Below are positions 52,561 to 61,274 of a stretch of DNA of 61,274 bases, piece by piece; the first letter of the stretch is position 1, and every line of letters begins with the position of its first letter. The translations under genes were made by a program, and so were the position numbers. This stretch comes from Candidatus Omnitrophota bacterium (lineage in GTDB: Bacteria > Omnitrophota > Gorgyraeia > Gygaellales > Profunditerraquicolaceae), in contig JBFMDA010000002.1 in the NCBI GenBank assembly GCA_040754255.1, positions 1-61,274 of the forward strand. The letters run 5' to 3'. The notes under the pieces are model-generated. The model saw only the letters and a list, made by a program, of their open reading frames with translations, was not told the DNA's origin and ran no database searches.

Positions 52561-55049
52561 TCCAGTGTAAATACGCGTATATGACCGCCAGTGTCGTTTT
52601 GGGAAAGAAATGGCTTAAAATGCTTCAACCCTCGCCCTTGAAGAAAATAAAGCCGCACGAATAGACTCTTGCCTAACTGGCGGTCAAGCCCGATTGCAGA
52701 GTACCCTTCTTCGTCTTTAATGATAAGCACTGAAAACCCGAGTTCGTTGTTTTTAAATTCATACTCCTGCAGGATGCCGTTTTCAAACAAAAACAGGCTG
52801 CGGGGGACCTTATAGCCGTTGTTATAAAACAAATAGGCAGTCTTTTTTACCGGGTTATATACCACAGAGTTTTCAAATAACACCATCCCGTCTTTTACTT
52901 CACCCTTTACGAGAGCGCCATAAAATCGTACCCTCTTGGAAATCCAATCATCGAGGTATTGCCTCGGCACAATTGTTACTTCCTGATAGTACTGTTGTGC
53001 CTTATTCCTGTCTACCCCCATGGCAATCAAGTCCCCGGCTATTCGCTTGCTTCCCTTCTGTCCGTATTTTTGCACGACGTACGATTTCACAAAATCCCAG
53101 TTACCCATAAACGATATCGCGTATATTTTATCGGGCATCGTGGGGTCAACGATAAAATATGCGGGCTCCTGAGGAATCCCAAAGACAAGGCCTAACACCT
53201 TTGCGGCTTCTTTTTCGGGCATTACCCTTAGGAGCTCGGCCTGGGCTCCTTGAGGGTTAAAAAGCACCTTCTCAAGCAGCATAATTGACGCTAATGGGTT
53301 ATGTAAATGCGCATCTATCAAGTCGAAAGAACGGTTACCGGACGCATTCAACATGCGTAACATCGCAATAGCGCGCTCTTCGTCGTTTTCAAGAAGGATT
53401 CTTGCCATCCAGTATGCCTGGGGTGTATTCTGACTCTGGCCGTCAAAGATCACGGGCCTGTCACCAATTGCTTTAAACCAATCCCCAAAATCCCACCAGC
53501 TATTAAGTACTGCGCGCGGAGGAGTTTTTTCTTTTATCGCGATCAGAAGATTGTACCAATTGTCATTTATAAGGGGATAAAGGTGCCTTGAGGTAGTAAA
53601 GGCCCTGTCAACTATAGAAAAAACGAATACAAAGCTCAGTAACAGGACAATTACCCTCCTCAATGTATCTTCAAAATATTCGATTGCATACTGCAAGAAC
53701 CAGCCAAAGGAGATGCCAAGCGGGATAATCAAAAACATAATAAAGCGTATCCCTTTAAAACAGGCAATAAACATACTGAAAAACCAAATGACCATAACCA
53801 AGATAAATTCCTTTTCGAAATGGCTGCTCTTGCGTATCCGGGTGAGCAAAAACAAGACGAGCATGCTTATGAGCGAAAATAGAAACAAAAGCTTGTCGCC
53901 GATAAGGCTTGCCACTAAGTTCAAATTTGACCGCCCGAGCTCCTGAACGGTAAAAAATACATTTGGCCAGATGCTGTATAACACAGGCTGGTTTAATCGT
54001 ATCGCGCTCCTAAGTTGAGATATTAAAATAGCAAATGTATCTGGGCCGACAAAGAGAAATGTCCAGAAAAGGCTTATAATGAAAAAACCGAATGCAGTCC
54101 AGGCGTGTGTTTTCAGGAGTTGCGTGTCCTTGCGGCCGTATTGAAGGAACGCGAAGAATAAATGCAGTATAGAGACGCATTCGTACCCTATGAGAATCCC
54201 TACAATGAACCACCAGTGATGCCAGGTAAAAGCGAACAATCCAACTAGAAGAAAGACACAAAAGGCCCTTATTACCTTTTGTCTGATAGAACTAACGTTG
54301 TACCAAGAAAGGTATGTCCAGGTAATAAGAAAAGGAAACAAGAGGCTTAACACATCCATATCGAACCAGCCTACGCAGCTGCGCGGAAGGAATATGGGGG
54401 CAAGGCCGATAAACAAAGTGCTTAAGACAGCTGCAACAGGGCCAAAGTGCAACGCGCAGAAAAAATACACAGCGACAAGCAGAAAAAACACGAATAATAA
54501 AGGAAGATAAAACAAGAAGGTGTTAAGAGCGACGGGAATAACTACGCAAAATGCTTTATAAAGAAAAGAGGAAAAATAAAACAGGAACTGGTTCCAGGCA
54601 ACCTTCTCCCCGTAAGGCGCCAGCATGTACTGGTCCCATTGTACTCCGTTGCGCAGCGTATCCCCCGGAAAGCCGTGCGCTTCTATATTACCCACGTAGC
54701 GCGCCCAATGCCAGCAGTCCAGCTCCATAAGATAGGTCTGCCCGAAACGATCCTGAAATGGCGCTTTTAGTTTTTCATACTCATTGTTGACCTGAAGTCT
54801 GTATTTGGTTTTGTCTTTTTCCTTAATTGAAGCGGCCAGATGCCTTACTGCCCGCTCCTTTGCATACGGGGACATAGAAGGATAGGCAGATTCGATTTGA
54901 AAGCGGGCTGACTCGTGTATTTTTTGATCGATATTCTGCCTGGCTAACTGCAGGAATTGGGGAAAATAAACGGGAAAAGCGCGGAAATAGATATTAATTC
55001 CCAAAACAAGGATAAGGCAAAGAATAAGAACCAATAACGACTTTTTCAT
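52551..55049 (-). CDS. STT3/PglB/AglB-family oligosaccharyltransferase
   Basis: 832 aa and polytopic. LMELDCWHWAR (first-loop D motif), GWFDMDVL (DxD, 54354-54368) and WWDFG (aa 518-522, 53484-53498) match the WWDYG signature family. Confidence 0.75.
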   Translation of the reverse strand: MKKSLLVLILCLILVLGINIYFRAFPVYFPQFLQLARQNIDQKIHESARFQIESAYPSMSPYAKERAVRHLAASIKEKDKTKYRLQVNNEYEKLKAPFQDRFGQTYLMELDCWHWARYVGNIEAHGFPGDTLRNGVQWDQYMLAPYGEKVAWNQFLFYFSSFLYKAFCVVIPVALNTFLFYLPLLFVFFLLVAVYFFCALHFGPVAAVLSTLFIGLAPIFLPRSCVGWFDMDVLSLLFPFLITWTYLSWYNVSSIRQKVIRAFCVFLLVGLFAFTWHHWWFIVGILIGYECVSILHLFFAFLQYGRKDTQLLKTHAWTAFGFFIISLFWTFLFVGPDTFAILISQLRSAIRLNQPVLYSIWPNVFFTVQELGRSNLNLVASLIGDKLLFLFSLISMLVLFLLTRIRKSSHFEKEFILVMVIWFFSMFIACFKGIRFIMFLIIPLGISFGWFLQYAIEYFEDTLRRVIVLLLSFVFVFSIVDRAFTTSRHLYPLINDNWYNLLIAIKEKTPPRAVLNSWWDFGDWFKAIGDRPVIFDGQSQNTPQAYWMARILLENDEERAIAMLRMLNASGNRSFDLIDAHLHNPLASIMLLEKVLFNPQGAQAELLRVMPEKEAAKVLGLVFGIPQEPAYFIVDPTMPDKIYAISFMGNWDFVKSYVVQKYGQKGSKRIAGDLIAMGVDRNKAQQYYQEVTIVPRQYLDDWISKRVRFYGALVKGEVKDGMVLFENSVVYNPVKKTAYLFYNNGYKVPRSLFLFENGILQEYEFKNNELGFSVLIIKDEEGYSAIGLDRQLGKSLFVRLYFLQGRGLKHFKPFLSQNDTGGHIRVFTLEWN

Positions 55050-55093
55050 GGTTCTCTTATTCTAACATGTATTTGGGTTTGCGCAAGAAAATA

Positions 55094-55693
55094 CTAATTG
55101 AGCGAAACAGAGGGCATTTTAATATCGAAGGTTGCTTCGGCCCTGGGATTCCGCGGTTCACCGCAGGGATAGGTGGCATTGGCGGGATCCCAGCACGCCT
55201 CAACGGTAACCTCTGCGAAGTTATCTCCGCTAAAATACGTAGGTTGAAAAAAAGAAACATTGCCGCTTATAATCTGCCAGCCGGTATTACAATTATTGCA
55301 ATTTACATTCTGGCACTGCGAACAGTACTGTACCTGATAGGCATCTGCGCCAGAGTCCCTCCAGCGGTAAGCGATCCATACATCATCCCTGACGCCGTTA
55401 TTATTCATATCGGCATATACTCGCAGCGCCGTATAAGGAATAATGGGGTCGCTTCTTGCGACCGTGCGAATGCCAAACAGGACCTCATTACCTATCCCCT
55501 TTGAAACCTGCTTGCTCATATGGTCGGCGACTAATGTTAATTCGTTCTGTGCCTTTGCCAGCCTGTCAGTGGTCATAACCTGGAACCTGCCAAATGTATC
55601 AAGGCTGGTAAAACCAAGTATTACCACCCCTGCCAAGGCCAGCGCCAATAACAGCTCAACTAAGGTGAATGCGTTGGTTCTAATTTTGCTCAC
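55094..55693 (-). CDS. prepilin-type N-terminal cleavage/methylation domain protein (minor pilin/pseudopilin)
   Basis: TNAFTLVELLLALALAGVVILG (Ala rather than Gly at -1). CSQCQNVNCNNC block. Confidence 0.7.
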   Translation of the reverse strand: MSKIRTNAFTLVELLLALALAGVVILGFTSLDTFGRFQVMTTDRLAKAQNELTLVADHMSKQVSKGIGNEVLFGIRTVARSDPIIPYTALRVYADMNNNGVRDDVWIAYRWRDSGADAYQVQYCSQCQNVNCNNCNTGWQIISGNVSFFQPTYFSGDNFAEVTVEACWDPANATYPCGEPRNPRAEATFDIKMPSVSLN

Positions 55694-56024
55694 TCCAGTT
55701 TATGGTCAGAATTACCCTTCTTAAATCGGTAGCGGCAACATTATTAATCGTATAGTTTGGGATATAATTTACATGATAAATAGTCTGATTCACCGGGCAG
55801 CCGGCACCGCCACTTAGGCAATTCGTGCCCCACTGGTCATTGCGTACATCCATCTGGAGAGGGTCAAGGAAAAACTTCCCCAGCTGCCCTCCGGTATTTT
55901 TATATCGGCTATGCAGCACGTATCTTTTGGCGGTGAGGTATAAATTGACCATACCGAACATAATAACGGAAAACAACAGCGTAGCTACTATAATCTCGAT
56001 TAATGTAACGCCTTTTTTTTGCAT
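55680..56024 (-). CDS. prepilin-type N-terminal cleavage/methylation domain protein
   Basis: MQKKGVTLIEIIVATLLFSVIM. Confidence 0.72.
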   Translation of the reverse strand: MQKKGVTLIEIIVATLLFSVIMFGMVNLYLTAKRYVLHSRYKNTGGQLGKFFLDPLQMDVRNDQWGTNCLSGGAGCPVNQTIYHVNYIPNYTINNVAATDLRRVILTINWSEQN

Positions 56025-56083
56025 TGCCGTAAAAAAGAACGCCCGCTCATATGAGCGGGCGTTAAGGTTTTAAATGGGATCCA

Positions 56084-56491
56084 TTAGAATGCGTTGCATC
56101 CAGAAGATGTGGGTTCTGAAGAACTCTGGGTAAATGTATATGTACACGCGCAGTAAGGCCTGCCTGTGCAATTTCTGACCGCAGTAACGGTATACGTACC
56201 TGCCCCGGTTTGAATTCTGTAATCCCAGTTTTTTTCATTAAGGGACAGGTGCAGTCCGTTATTGATATCAGTGACTGCGTCAGCGGTAAAATAGGTTGCC
56301 AGCTCCATGCCGTATGAACGCTCTGCTGCTGAAATAAGCCGGATATTGGCAACTGCTTCCTTTTGATACGTTGTCTCTCTAAGCTTGGTATAACCGGGAT
56401 AGCCAATTGCAGCAAGTGCCCCAATTATTACTATTACGATCGCTAATTCCATTAGTGTAAAGCTTCTTTTGCGTTTTGTGTGCATATACAC
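56084..56491 (-). CDS. type IV pilin / GspG-like pseudopilin
   Basis: KRSFTLMELAIVIVIIGALAAIGYPGY. Confidence 0.75.
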   Translation of the reverse strand: MYMHTKRKRSFTLMELAIVIVIIGALAAIGYPGYTKLRETTYQKEAVANIRLISAAERSYGMELATYFTADAVTDINNGLHLSLNEKNWDYRIQTGAGTYTVTAVRNCTGRPYCACTYTFTQSSSEPTSSGCNAF

Positions 56492-56499
56492 AGCCTCGC

Positions 56500-56895
56500 T
56501 TAAATGTATCCTGGTTCTCCGGTAAATGCTCCGGTTTCATCTAGGCTAATAAGATAGTTCAGGGTTGACTGAGGCGTCTTTCCACCGCCAATACACCTTT
56601 CAGCAGTCACCAGGAAGTTAGCCGGACCTGCAGCATCAACTCGATATTGAAAGTAATGCGTGGGAACGCATGCGACAGGAGCTGACACGCCTAGTTCATC
56701 TATAGCGGGAGTATAACTGTCATGCTCCAAGCGATACGCTTCCTGTGCAGTACGCAACTGCCCCAATACGGTCTTGGCTTCAGAAGTCCTTCCTTTTTCA
56801 ACCACTCTCTGATATTGCGTAAACCCGATGGTTGCCAAAACGCCCAAAATGATGATTACAATGATTAACTCCATCAATGTAAAACCTTTTTTCAT
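56500..56895 (-). CDS. type IV pilin / GspG-like major (pseudo)pilin
   Basis: MKKGFTLMELIIVIIILGVLATIGFTQY. Sits directly behind a near-consensus promoter. Confidence 0.8.
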   Translation of the reverse strand: MKKGFTLMELIIVIIILGVLATIGFTQYQRVVEKGRTSEAKTVLGQLRTAQEAYRLEHDSYTPAIDELGVSAPVACVPTHYFQYRVDAAGPANFLVTAERCIGGGKTPQSTLNYLISLDETGAFTGEPGYI

Positions 56896-56971
56896 TCTAA
56901 CCTCCTTTATTGATTATAGATAATAAAAAACCGTTTTTTAAAGGCCTCTCACCTCCTTTCATCCTACTAAA

Positions 56972-57000
56972 AGTATAAACTTTAAAGAAAACAATGTCAA
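56972..57000 (-). promoter_or_regulatory. near-consensus sigma70-like promoter upstream of the major pilin gene
   Basis: The minus strand reads TTGACA, then 17 nt, then TATACT (plus-strand tgtcaa 56995-57000 and agtata 56972-56977). An approximately 70-nt leader follows before AAGGAGG-ATG. Confidence 0.55.
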
Positions 57001-57007
57001 CGTTTTT

Positions 57008-58243
57008 TTAGCCCAACTTGGCAATCTGGAATATCGGTAAGAACATGCCTATGACCATGACCCCGATAACAAGCCCCATAAATATGAGCATTATCGGCTC
57101 AAACATCGCGGTGAGCCTGGCAAGAAAGTTTTCCACATAAGATTGATAATACGCGTTCACTTTCTTAAGCATAGGAGAGAGTTCGCCTACTTCTTCTCCA
57201 ATGGTAACCATCTGTACCACCATCGGCTCAAAAAAACCGCTTTTCTCAAGAGGCAGGCTCAAGGGCCTTCCGTCACGCACGCTTTCCTTGACATCATGTA
57301 TAATATCAGCAACGACTAAATTGCCTACGCTCTGTTCCGCTATTTCAAGCGAATACAAGATAGGCACGCCGCTTTCGATGAGAGTGGACAACTCTGAAGA
57401 AAACCTCTCAACCACCAGTGCACGGAACAACTCGCCAAAAATGGGCAGCTTAAACTGCAGGCGCTCTATCATACGCCTGCCATCTTTCGTTGAAACGAAT
57501 TTTTTAAACATATAAAATAAGGCGGCTGCGCCGCCGAACAAAAATACCCCATACTTGCGGATTACCGTACTAATATCCATAAGCACCTTGGTCAGTACGG
57601 GCAGCTCGACGTTAAAACTCTTAAAAAGCTCACCGAACGTAGGAATAATCTTGATAGTCATAAAAAGCATTGCGCTTATACCGACGATAAAAAGGATAGC
57701 AGGATATGAGAGTGCTGAAATCAGTTTTTTCTTGAATTCTGCGTTTCTTTCCAGGTATGTCGCAAGGCGGTCAAGAATAATGGCGAGATTTCCCGACGCC
57801 TCCCCGCTCTCTACCAAATTGACCCAAAGCTCTGAAAATACCTTCGGGTGCTTTGCCATGGCGTCGTGGAGGCTTAAGCCCTGCTCCATGTTTTTCTCAA
57901 GGTCCTGGATTACATTATAAAATTTTGTGCTGGCGACCTGCTTTGAAATGATATCAAGGCTTCGCAAGATCGTGACTCCCGCGCCCAGCAATGTTGCAAG
58001 CTGCCGGCAGAAAAGTACGAGGTCTCCGCTGACAATACGGTATCTCTTTCTTCTTGAGGAAGATTTGATAGCCTGGCCGGGTGATTCCTGCTTTTGCTCT
58101 GACGCGCCTTCTTGAGAGATGCTGACTACGATAAGGTCCCTGGCCTGAAGCCTGTTCAAGAGGTCCTCAGAGCTGGCAGCATCTTCCTGCCCGGTGATGA
58201 CCTTTCCCTGCCTATCCCGGCAGTTAAACTGGAATTTTGGCAT
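57008..58243 (-). CDS. GspF/PilC family inner-membrane platform protein
   Basis: 411 aa with duplicated T2SSF-type repeats (FCRQLATLLGAGV..., FSSELSTLIESGV...). Confidence 0.88.
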   Translation of the reverse strand: MPKFQFNCRDRQGKVITGQEDAASSEDLLNRLQARDLIVVSISQEGASEQKQESPGQAIKSSSRRKRYRIVSGDLVLFCRQLATLLGAGVTILRSLDIISKQVASTKFYNVIQDLEKNMEQGLSLHDAMAKHPKVFSELWVNLVESGEASGNLAIILDRLATYLERNAEFKKKLISALSYPAILFIVGISAMLFMTIKIIPTFGELFKSFNVELPVLTKVLMDISTVIRKYGVFLFGGAAALFYMFKKFVSTKDGRRMIERLQFKLPIFGELFRALVVERFSSELSTLIESGVPILYSLEIAEQSVGNLVVADIIHDVKESVRDGRPLSLPLEKSGFFEPMVVQMVTIGEEVGELSPMLKKVNAYYQSYVENFLARLTAMFEPIMLIFMGLVIGVMVIGMFLPIFQIAKLG

Positions 58244-59961
58244 TATTCGTTACCTAGGGTTACCGCAAGGGCTTCTTCGAGCGAAGTCGTTCCGTCTTCG
58301 ACTTTTTTCAGGGCAGACTCATAGAGTGTCTGCATGCCCGATGCCATGGCAACTTCGCGTATTTGCTGGAATGACGCCTTTTCATTAATCAATTCTCTGA
58401 GCTGATTATTCAAAACCATGACTTCTGCGATACAGGCCCTTCCCCTGAACCCAATCTGGTTGCATTTAGCGCAACCCTTAGGCTTATAAAGCAGATCGGC
58501 TTTGATATTAATGCCTTTGAGCTGTTCGGGGGTAGGCTCATACGCCTCCTTACAATGAACGCATAGCTTGCGCAACAATCTCTGCGCCACTACGCAGATT
58601 AAAGAAGGAGTAATCAGGTATGACTCAACGCCTATATCGATTAGCCTGCTTACCGCAGAAGGAGCGTCATTAGTATGCAGGGTGCTTAACACCAAATGGC
58701 CGGTTAAAGCCGAACGTATACAAATCTGGGCAGTTTCCAGGTCTCTCACCTCGCCGACGAGCATAATATCCGGGTCTTGCCTTAAAAAACTCCGTAATGC
58801 CGAAGCAAAGGTGAGCCCGATCTCCGGCTTTATCTGTACCTGATTAATGCCATCAAGCTTATATTCAACGGGGTCCTCAATGGTGACTATATTGGTTGTC
58901 GGGCTCCTGATTTCGCTCAAGATCGCATAAAGGGTAGTGGTTTTACCGCACCCTGTCGGCCCGGTCAGGAATAAAAGCCCGTACGGGGAATGAATGGCCT
59001 TACGAATAAGGGCATTTTGGCCGGGGTCAAATCCCAAAAGGTTCAGGTCAAGAACTACCTGCGTCCTGTCAAGAAGCCTTAATACCACCTTTTCCCCGTA
59101 TATTGTAGGGATTAAAGAAACACGGATGTCTATAGGCCGGTTTTCAATTTTTACGACGAATGAGCCGTCCTGCGGAAGCCTCTTTTCCGCAATATCCAGC
59201 TTGGATAATATTTTAACGCGGGAAATAATGGCAAGGTGCAGGTGCCTTGCCGGAGGCGGAATCTCATAGAGCCTGCCGTCAATACGGTACCGTAACGAGA
59301 TTTTCTCTTTAAATGGCTCAATGTGGATATCGGAAGCACGTTCGCTGATTGCCTGATGGATAATTAAATCTACTAACCGTACAACCGGGGCTTCTTCTGC
59401 GCGGGCAATCAGCTTATCAAGGCTTAACTCTTCTTCTGCGGCCTCTACGTCATCAATCACAGCTGATGCAGTAATGTCATAGGAAGCCTCGACCGCCTCC
59501 TTAAAAATCCCTGATTTGCCGTAAAATTCCTCTATCGCCTTGCTGATATCGGACCTTGTGACAATAACCGGGTTTATCTCGCAACCAGTCAACTTTTTTA
59601 AGCTATCTATCAAAATAAGGTCAAGTGGATCGATCATAGCGACGGTCAGCGACCGCAAGGTCCGCGAAAGCGGCAGCACCATATTCTTCATGGCAAACTC
59701 ATTTGATACTAATTTATCTAGACCCTGGTCAACCGCAGGCTTAAGCATGCCTGTGCCTAAAGAAAAATAGGGAATGCCTAATTGTTTACCCAGGGCTGCT
59801 ACGATTTGATCTTCGCGCAAAACACCCATCTTTACCAAAACTTCGCCCAGCCTGCCCCCCTCCTGTTTCTGGAGCGAAATAGCCTTATTGAGGTCGTCTT
59901 CTTTAAGGAGCCCTTCTTTAATAAGAAGTTCTCCTAATCGAAGGTATTTTTCTCTCGCCAT
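58243..59961 (-). CDS. GspE/PilB family secretion ATPase
   Basis: N-terminal GSPII_E_N-like region, Walker A GPTGCGKTTT, VGEVRD and a C-terminal tetracysteine CVHC...CAKC. Confidence 0.9.
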   Translation of the reverse strand: MAREKYLRLGELLIKEGLLKEDDLNKAISLQKQEGGRLGEVLVKMGVLREDQIVAALGKQLGIPYFSLGTGMLKPAVDQGLDKLVSNEFAMKNMVLPLSRTLRSLTVAMIDPLDLILIDSLKKLTGCEINPVIVTRSDISKAIEEFYGKSGIFKEAVEASYDITASAVIDDVEAAEEELSLDKLIARAEEAPVVRLVDLIIHQAISERASDIHIEPFKEKISLRYRIDGRLYEIPPPARHLHLAIISRVKILSKLDIAEKRLPQDGSFVVKIENRPIDIRVSLIPTIYGEKVVLRLLDRTQVVLDLNLLGFDPGQNALIRKAIHSPYGLLFLTGPTGCGKTTTLYAILSEIRSPTTNIVTIEDPVEYKLDGINQVQIKPEIGLTFASALRSFLRQDPDIMLVGEVRDLETAQICIRSALTGHLVLSTLHTNDAPSAVSRLIDIGVESYLITPSLICVVAQRLLRKLCVHCKEAYEPTPEQLKGINIKADLLYKPKGCAKCNQIGFRGRACIAEVMVLNNQLRELINEKASFQQIREVAMASGMQTLYESALKKVEDGTTSLEEALAVTLGNE

Positions 59962-61274
59962 TACTTTCCCTCTTTTTCTATCTCATTTAAAGCCCCGGAA
60001 ATTCTGCGCTGCCGGTCAAACGCGGACGCACTCTTTTGTTCGCGGTGAGGAGACGGGTATTTTGTATTTATCTGAGCTAGCATTTTTGAATCATTCTTGA
60101 TTATACGAGGAGTGATAAACACAAGCAGCTCCCGCTCTTTATCCTTGCTTTTATTTTTATGCCTGAACAAGGCCCCTAACACGGGAATATCCCCAAGCAA
60201 CGGTAGCTTTGTATCCACTTCGTTAAGTTCATTGCGGATCAAACCGCCTAACACAACGGTATCGCCGTCATTGACTCTCACAATAGACTTGGTAATACGG
60301 ATTTCAGGGTCTTTAAAAGTAGTACTGCTAAAAGTCCCCCCTGCTTTTGCTTCGGATACAGAAGGGATAATAAGCATAGTTATTTCACCGGTATCAGAAT
60401 TCACTTGCGGAGTTACCCTTAAACTTACCCCTGTTTCCGCTCTTTCTGCTTCTATGCTCGTACTGGCAGAGCCCTCTGCTGAGGTAGTGGTAGTCTTAAT
60501 CCCCACTGCTTCATTAGTTGCGATTTTTATCTCTGCTGTTTCATTATCAAGCGTCAAAATTCTTGGCCGTGCTAAATATTTGGTGTCTGTCTGTGTCCTT
60601 AAAAAATTAATGACTTCTCCGTACGTCTCCCCTAACACAAGAGAACCGGCTGTTGAGCTTGTAACGCCTGTTGCTCCTTTATAGGTGACGTCTCCAAGAA
60701 AAAATCTAGCCCCTCTACGCATAAAACCGCCCGGTAATATTAACGTAAAAGGGCTTGAGCCGTATTGTATGCCCAGATTATCAACGGTATCTCTGCTTAC
60801 ATCTAACATTTCGACATCCATAACAATCTGCGTGCGGGGCACATCCAATGCCGCAATGAGCTTTTCAATAACAGGCATATTCGCCGGGACATCCGTAACT
60901 ATGATGCTGTTGGTTACGCTGTCTTCGGTAATCTTACCGTATTGGGTTAACATTGCGGCTACAGACGCAACAATTCCTGACGGCACTTCAGTGCCTCCTT
61001 TTGCGTCTGCGCTGTCATCCCCGCCTCCGCCGCCCTGCTGAGTATCCGCTAATGTCGGTTCTACATACTTTTTAATAATTTTTCTTTCCCGTGTCAAATT
61101 CGCACTTGTCACAGTCCCGTATTTTAGGCGGAAGACTTTCGTAACCGTCAGCACGGGAGGCCTCCCGGAATTACGCACAATGAAAATATTGGAGTCGCGG
61201 TCGAAATCGTACTCCAGGTTATTGGCTTTGAAAATTTTATCCATCGCGTCTCTAATCGAAACCTTATCCAGGTA
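59961..61274 (-). CDS. secretin (GspD/PilQ family), C-terminal part; frame stays open to the right edge of the window
   Basis: LPLLGDIPVLGALFR secretin motif and a repeated N-domain pattern. Translation upstream of the track Met (YLDKVSIRDAMDKIF) has no stop, so the gene is truncated by the window. Confidence 0.85.
   Translation of the reverse strand, partial: YLDKVSIRDAMDKIFKANNLEYDFDRDSNIFIVRNSGRPPVLTVTKVFRLKYGTVTSANLTRERKIIKKYVEPTLADTQQGGGGGDDSADAKGGTEVPSGIVASVAAMLTQYGKITEDSVTNSIIVTDVPANMPVIEKLIAALDVPRTQIVMDVEMLDVSRDTVDNLGIQYGSSPFTLILPGGFMRRGARFFLGDVTYKGATGVTSSTAGSLVLGETYGEVINFLRTQTDTKYLARPRILTLDNETAEIKIATNEAVGIKTTTTSAEGSASTSIEAERAETGVSLRVTPQVNSDTGEITMLIIPSVSEAKAGGTFSSTTFKDPEIRITKSIVRVNDGDTVVLGGLIRNELNEVDTKLPLLGDIPVLGALFRHKNKSKDKERELLVFITPRIIKNDSKMLAQINTKYPSPHREQKSASAFDRQRRISGALNEIEKEGK

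Noticed and set aside
1-61274. CRISPR arrays, IS elements or transposases, integrases, prophage genes, rRNA
   Set aside because: I scanned both the ORF translations and the non-coding gaps. The only short repeats are the two 30-nt boxes near tRNA-Ala. There are no DDE or tyrosine/serine recombinase motifs and no repeat-spacer periodicity.

Overview
This is a 61.3-kb bacterial window in which every gene I can support lies on the minus strand. All plus-strand track ORFs look like antisense shadows. There are four blocks. (1) 1-12.9 kb is housekeeping: an NlpD-like peptidase, tRNA-Gly(CCC), thiC/thiE, heptose genes gmhA/hldC, pfk, Asp23/AmaP, accBC, efp, an M24 peptidase, aroQ, Trm112, DUF1844, a lone Memo-like AmmeMemoRadiSam B protein, a TIM-barrel isomerase, and rpsU (found by hand, absent from the ORF track). 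(2) 12.9-33.9 kb is a visibly AT-rich, tightly packed 21-gene island with its own near-consensus promoter. It carries 14 radical-SAM (rSAM) domains in 13 proteins and a 56-aa exported His-Xaa-Ser repeat peptide (HxsA-like) with HxsB/C/D-like partners. It also holds two ABBA-prenyltransferase-like domains (one fused to an rSAM), a double-rSAM protein, a HemN-like and a B12-type rSAM, an A24 prepilin-peptidase-like membrane protease and three exported proteins. This is the main candidate for an undescribed system, probably a much-expanded Hxs-type peptide or protein maturation pathway. (3) 33.9-39.8 kb holds mtaB and rsmE, then an AmmeMemoRadiSam operon (rSAM, a fused Memo-AMMECR1 protein and a DsbD_2-like membrane protein) whose proteins have signal or anchor-like N-termini. 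It ends with tRNA-Ala(CGC) with a duplicated trailer module and an unexplained structured 188-nt spacer. (4) 39.8-61.3 kb is a glycan locus with four more rSAMs (three B12-type), GT2/GT4/GT39 transferases and an STT3/PglB-family oligosaccharyltransferase. Four prepilin-type genes and GspF/GspE/secretin genes follow directly. No CRISPR array, transposase, integrase or rRNA was seen. All family assignments come from motif recognition by eye and need HMM or structure searches to confirm.
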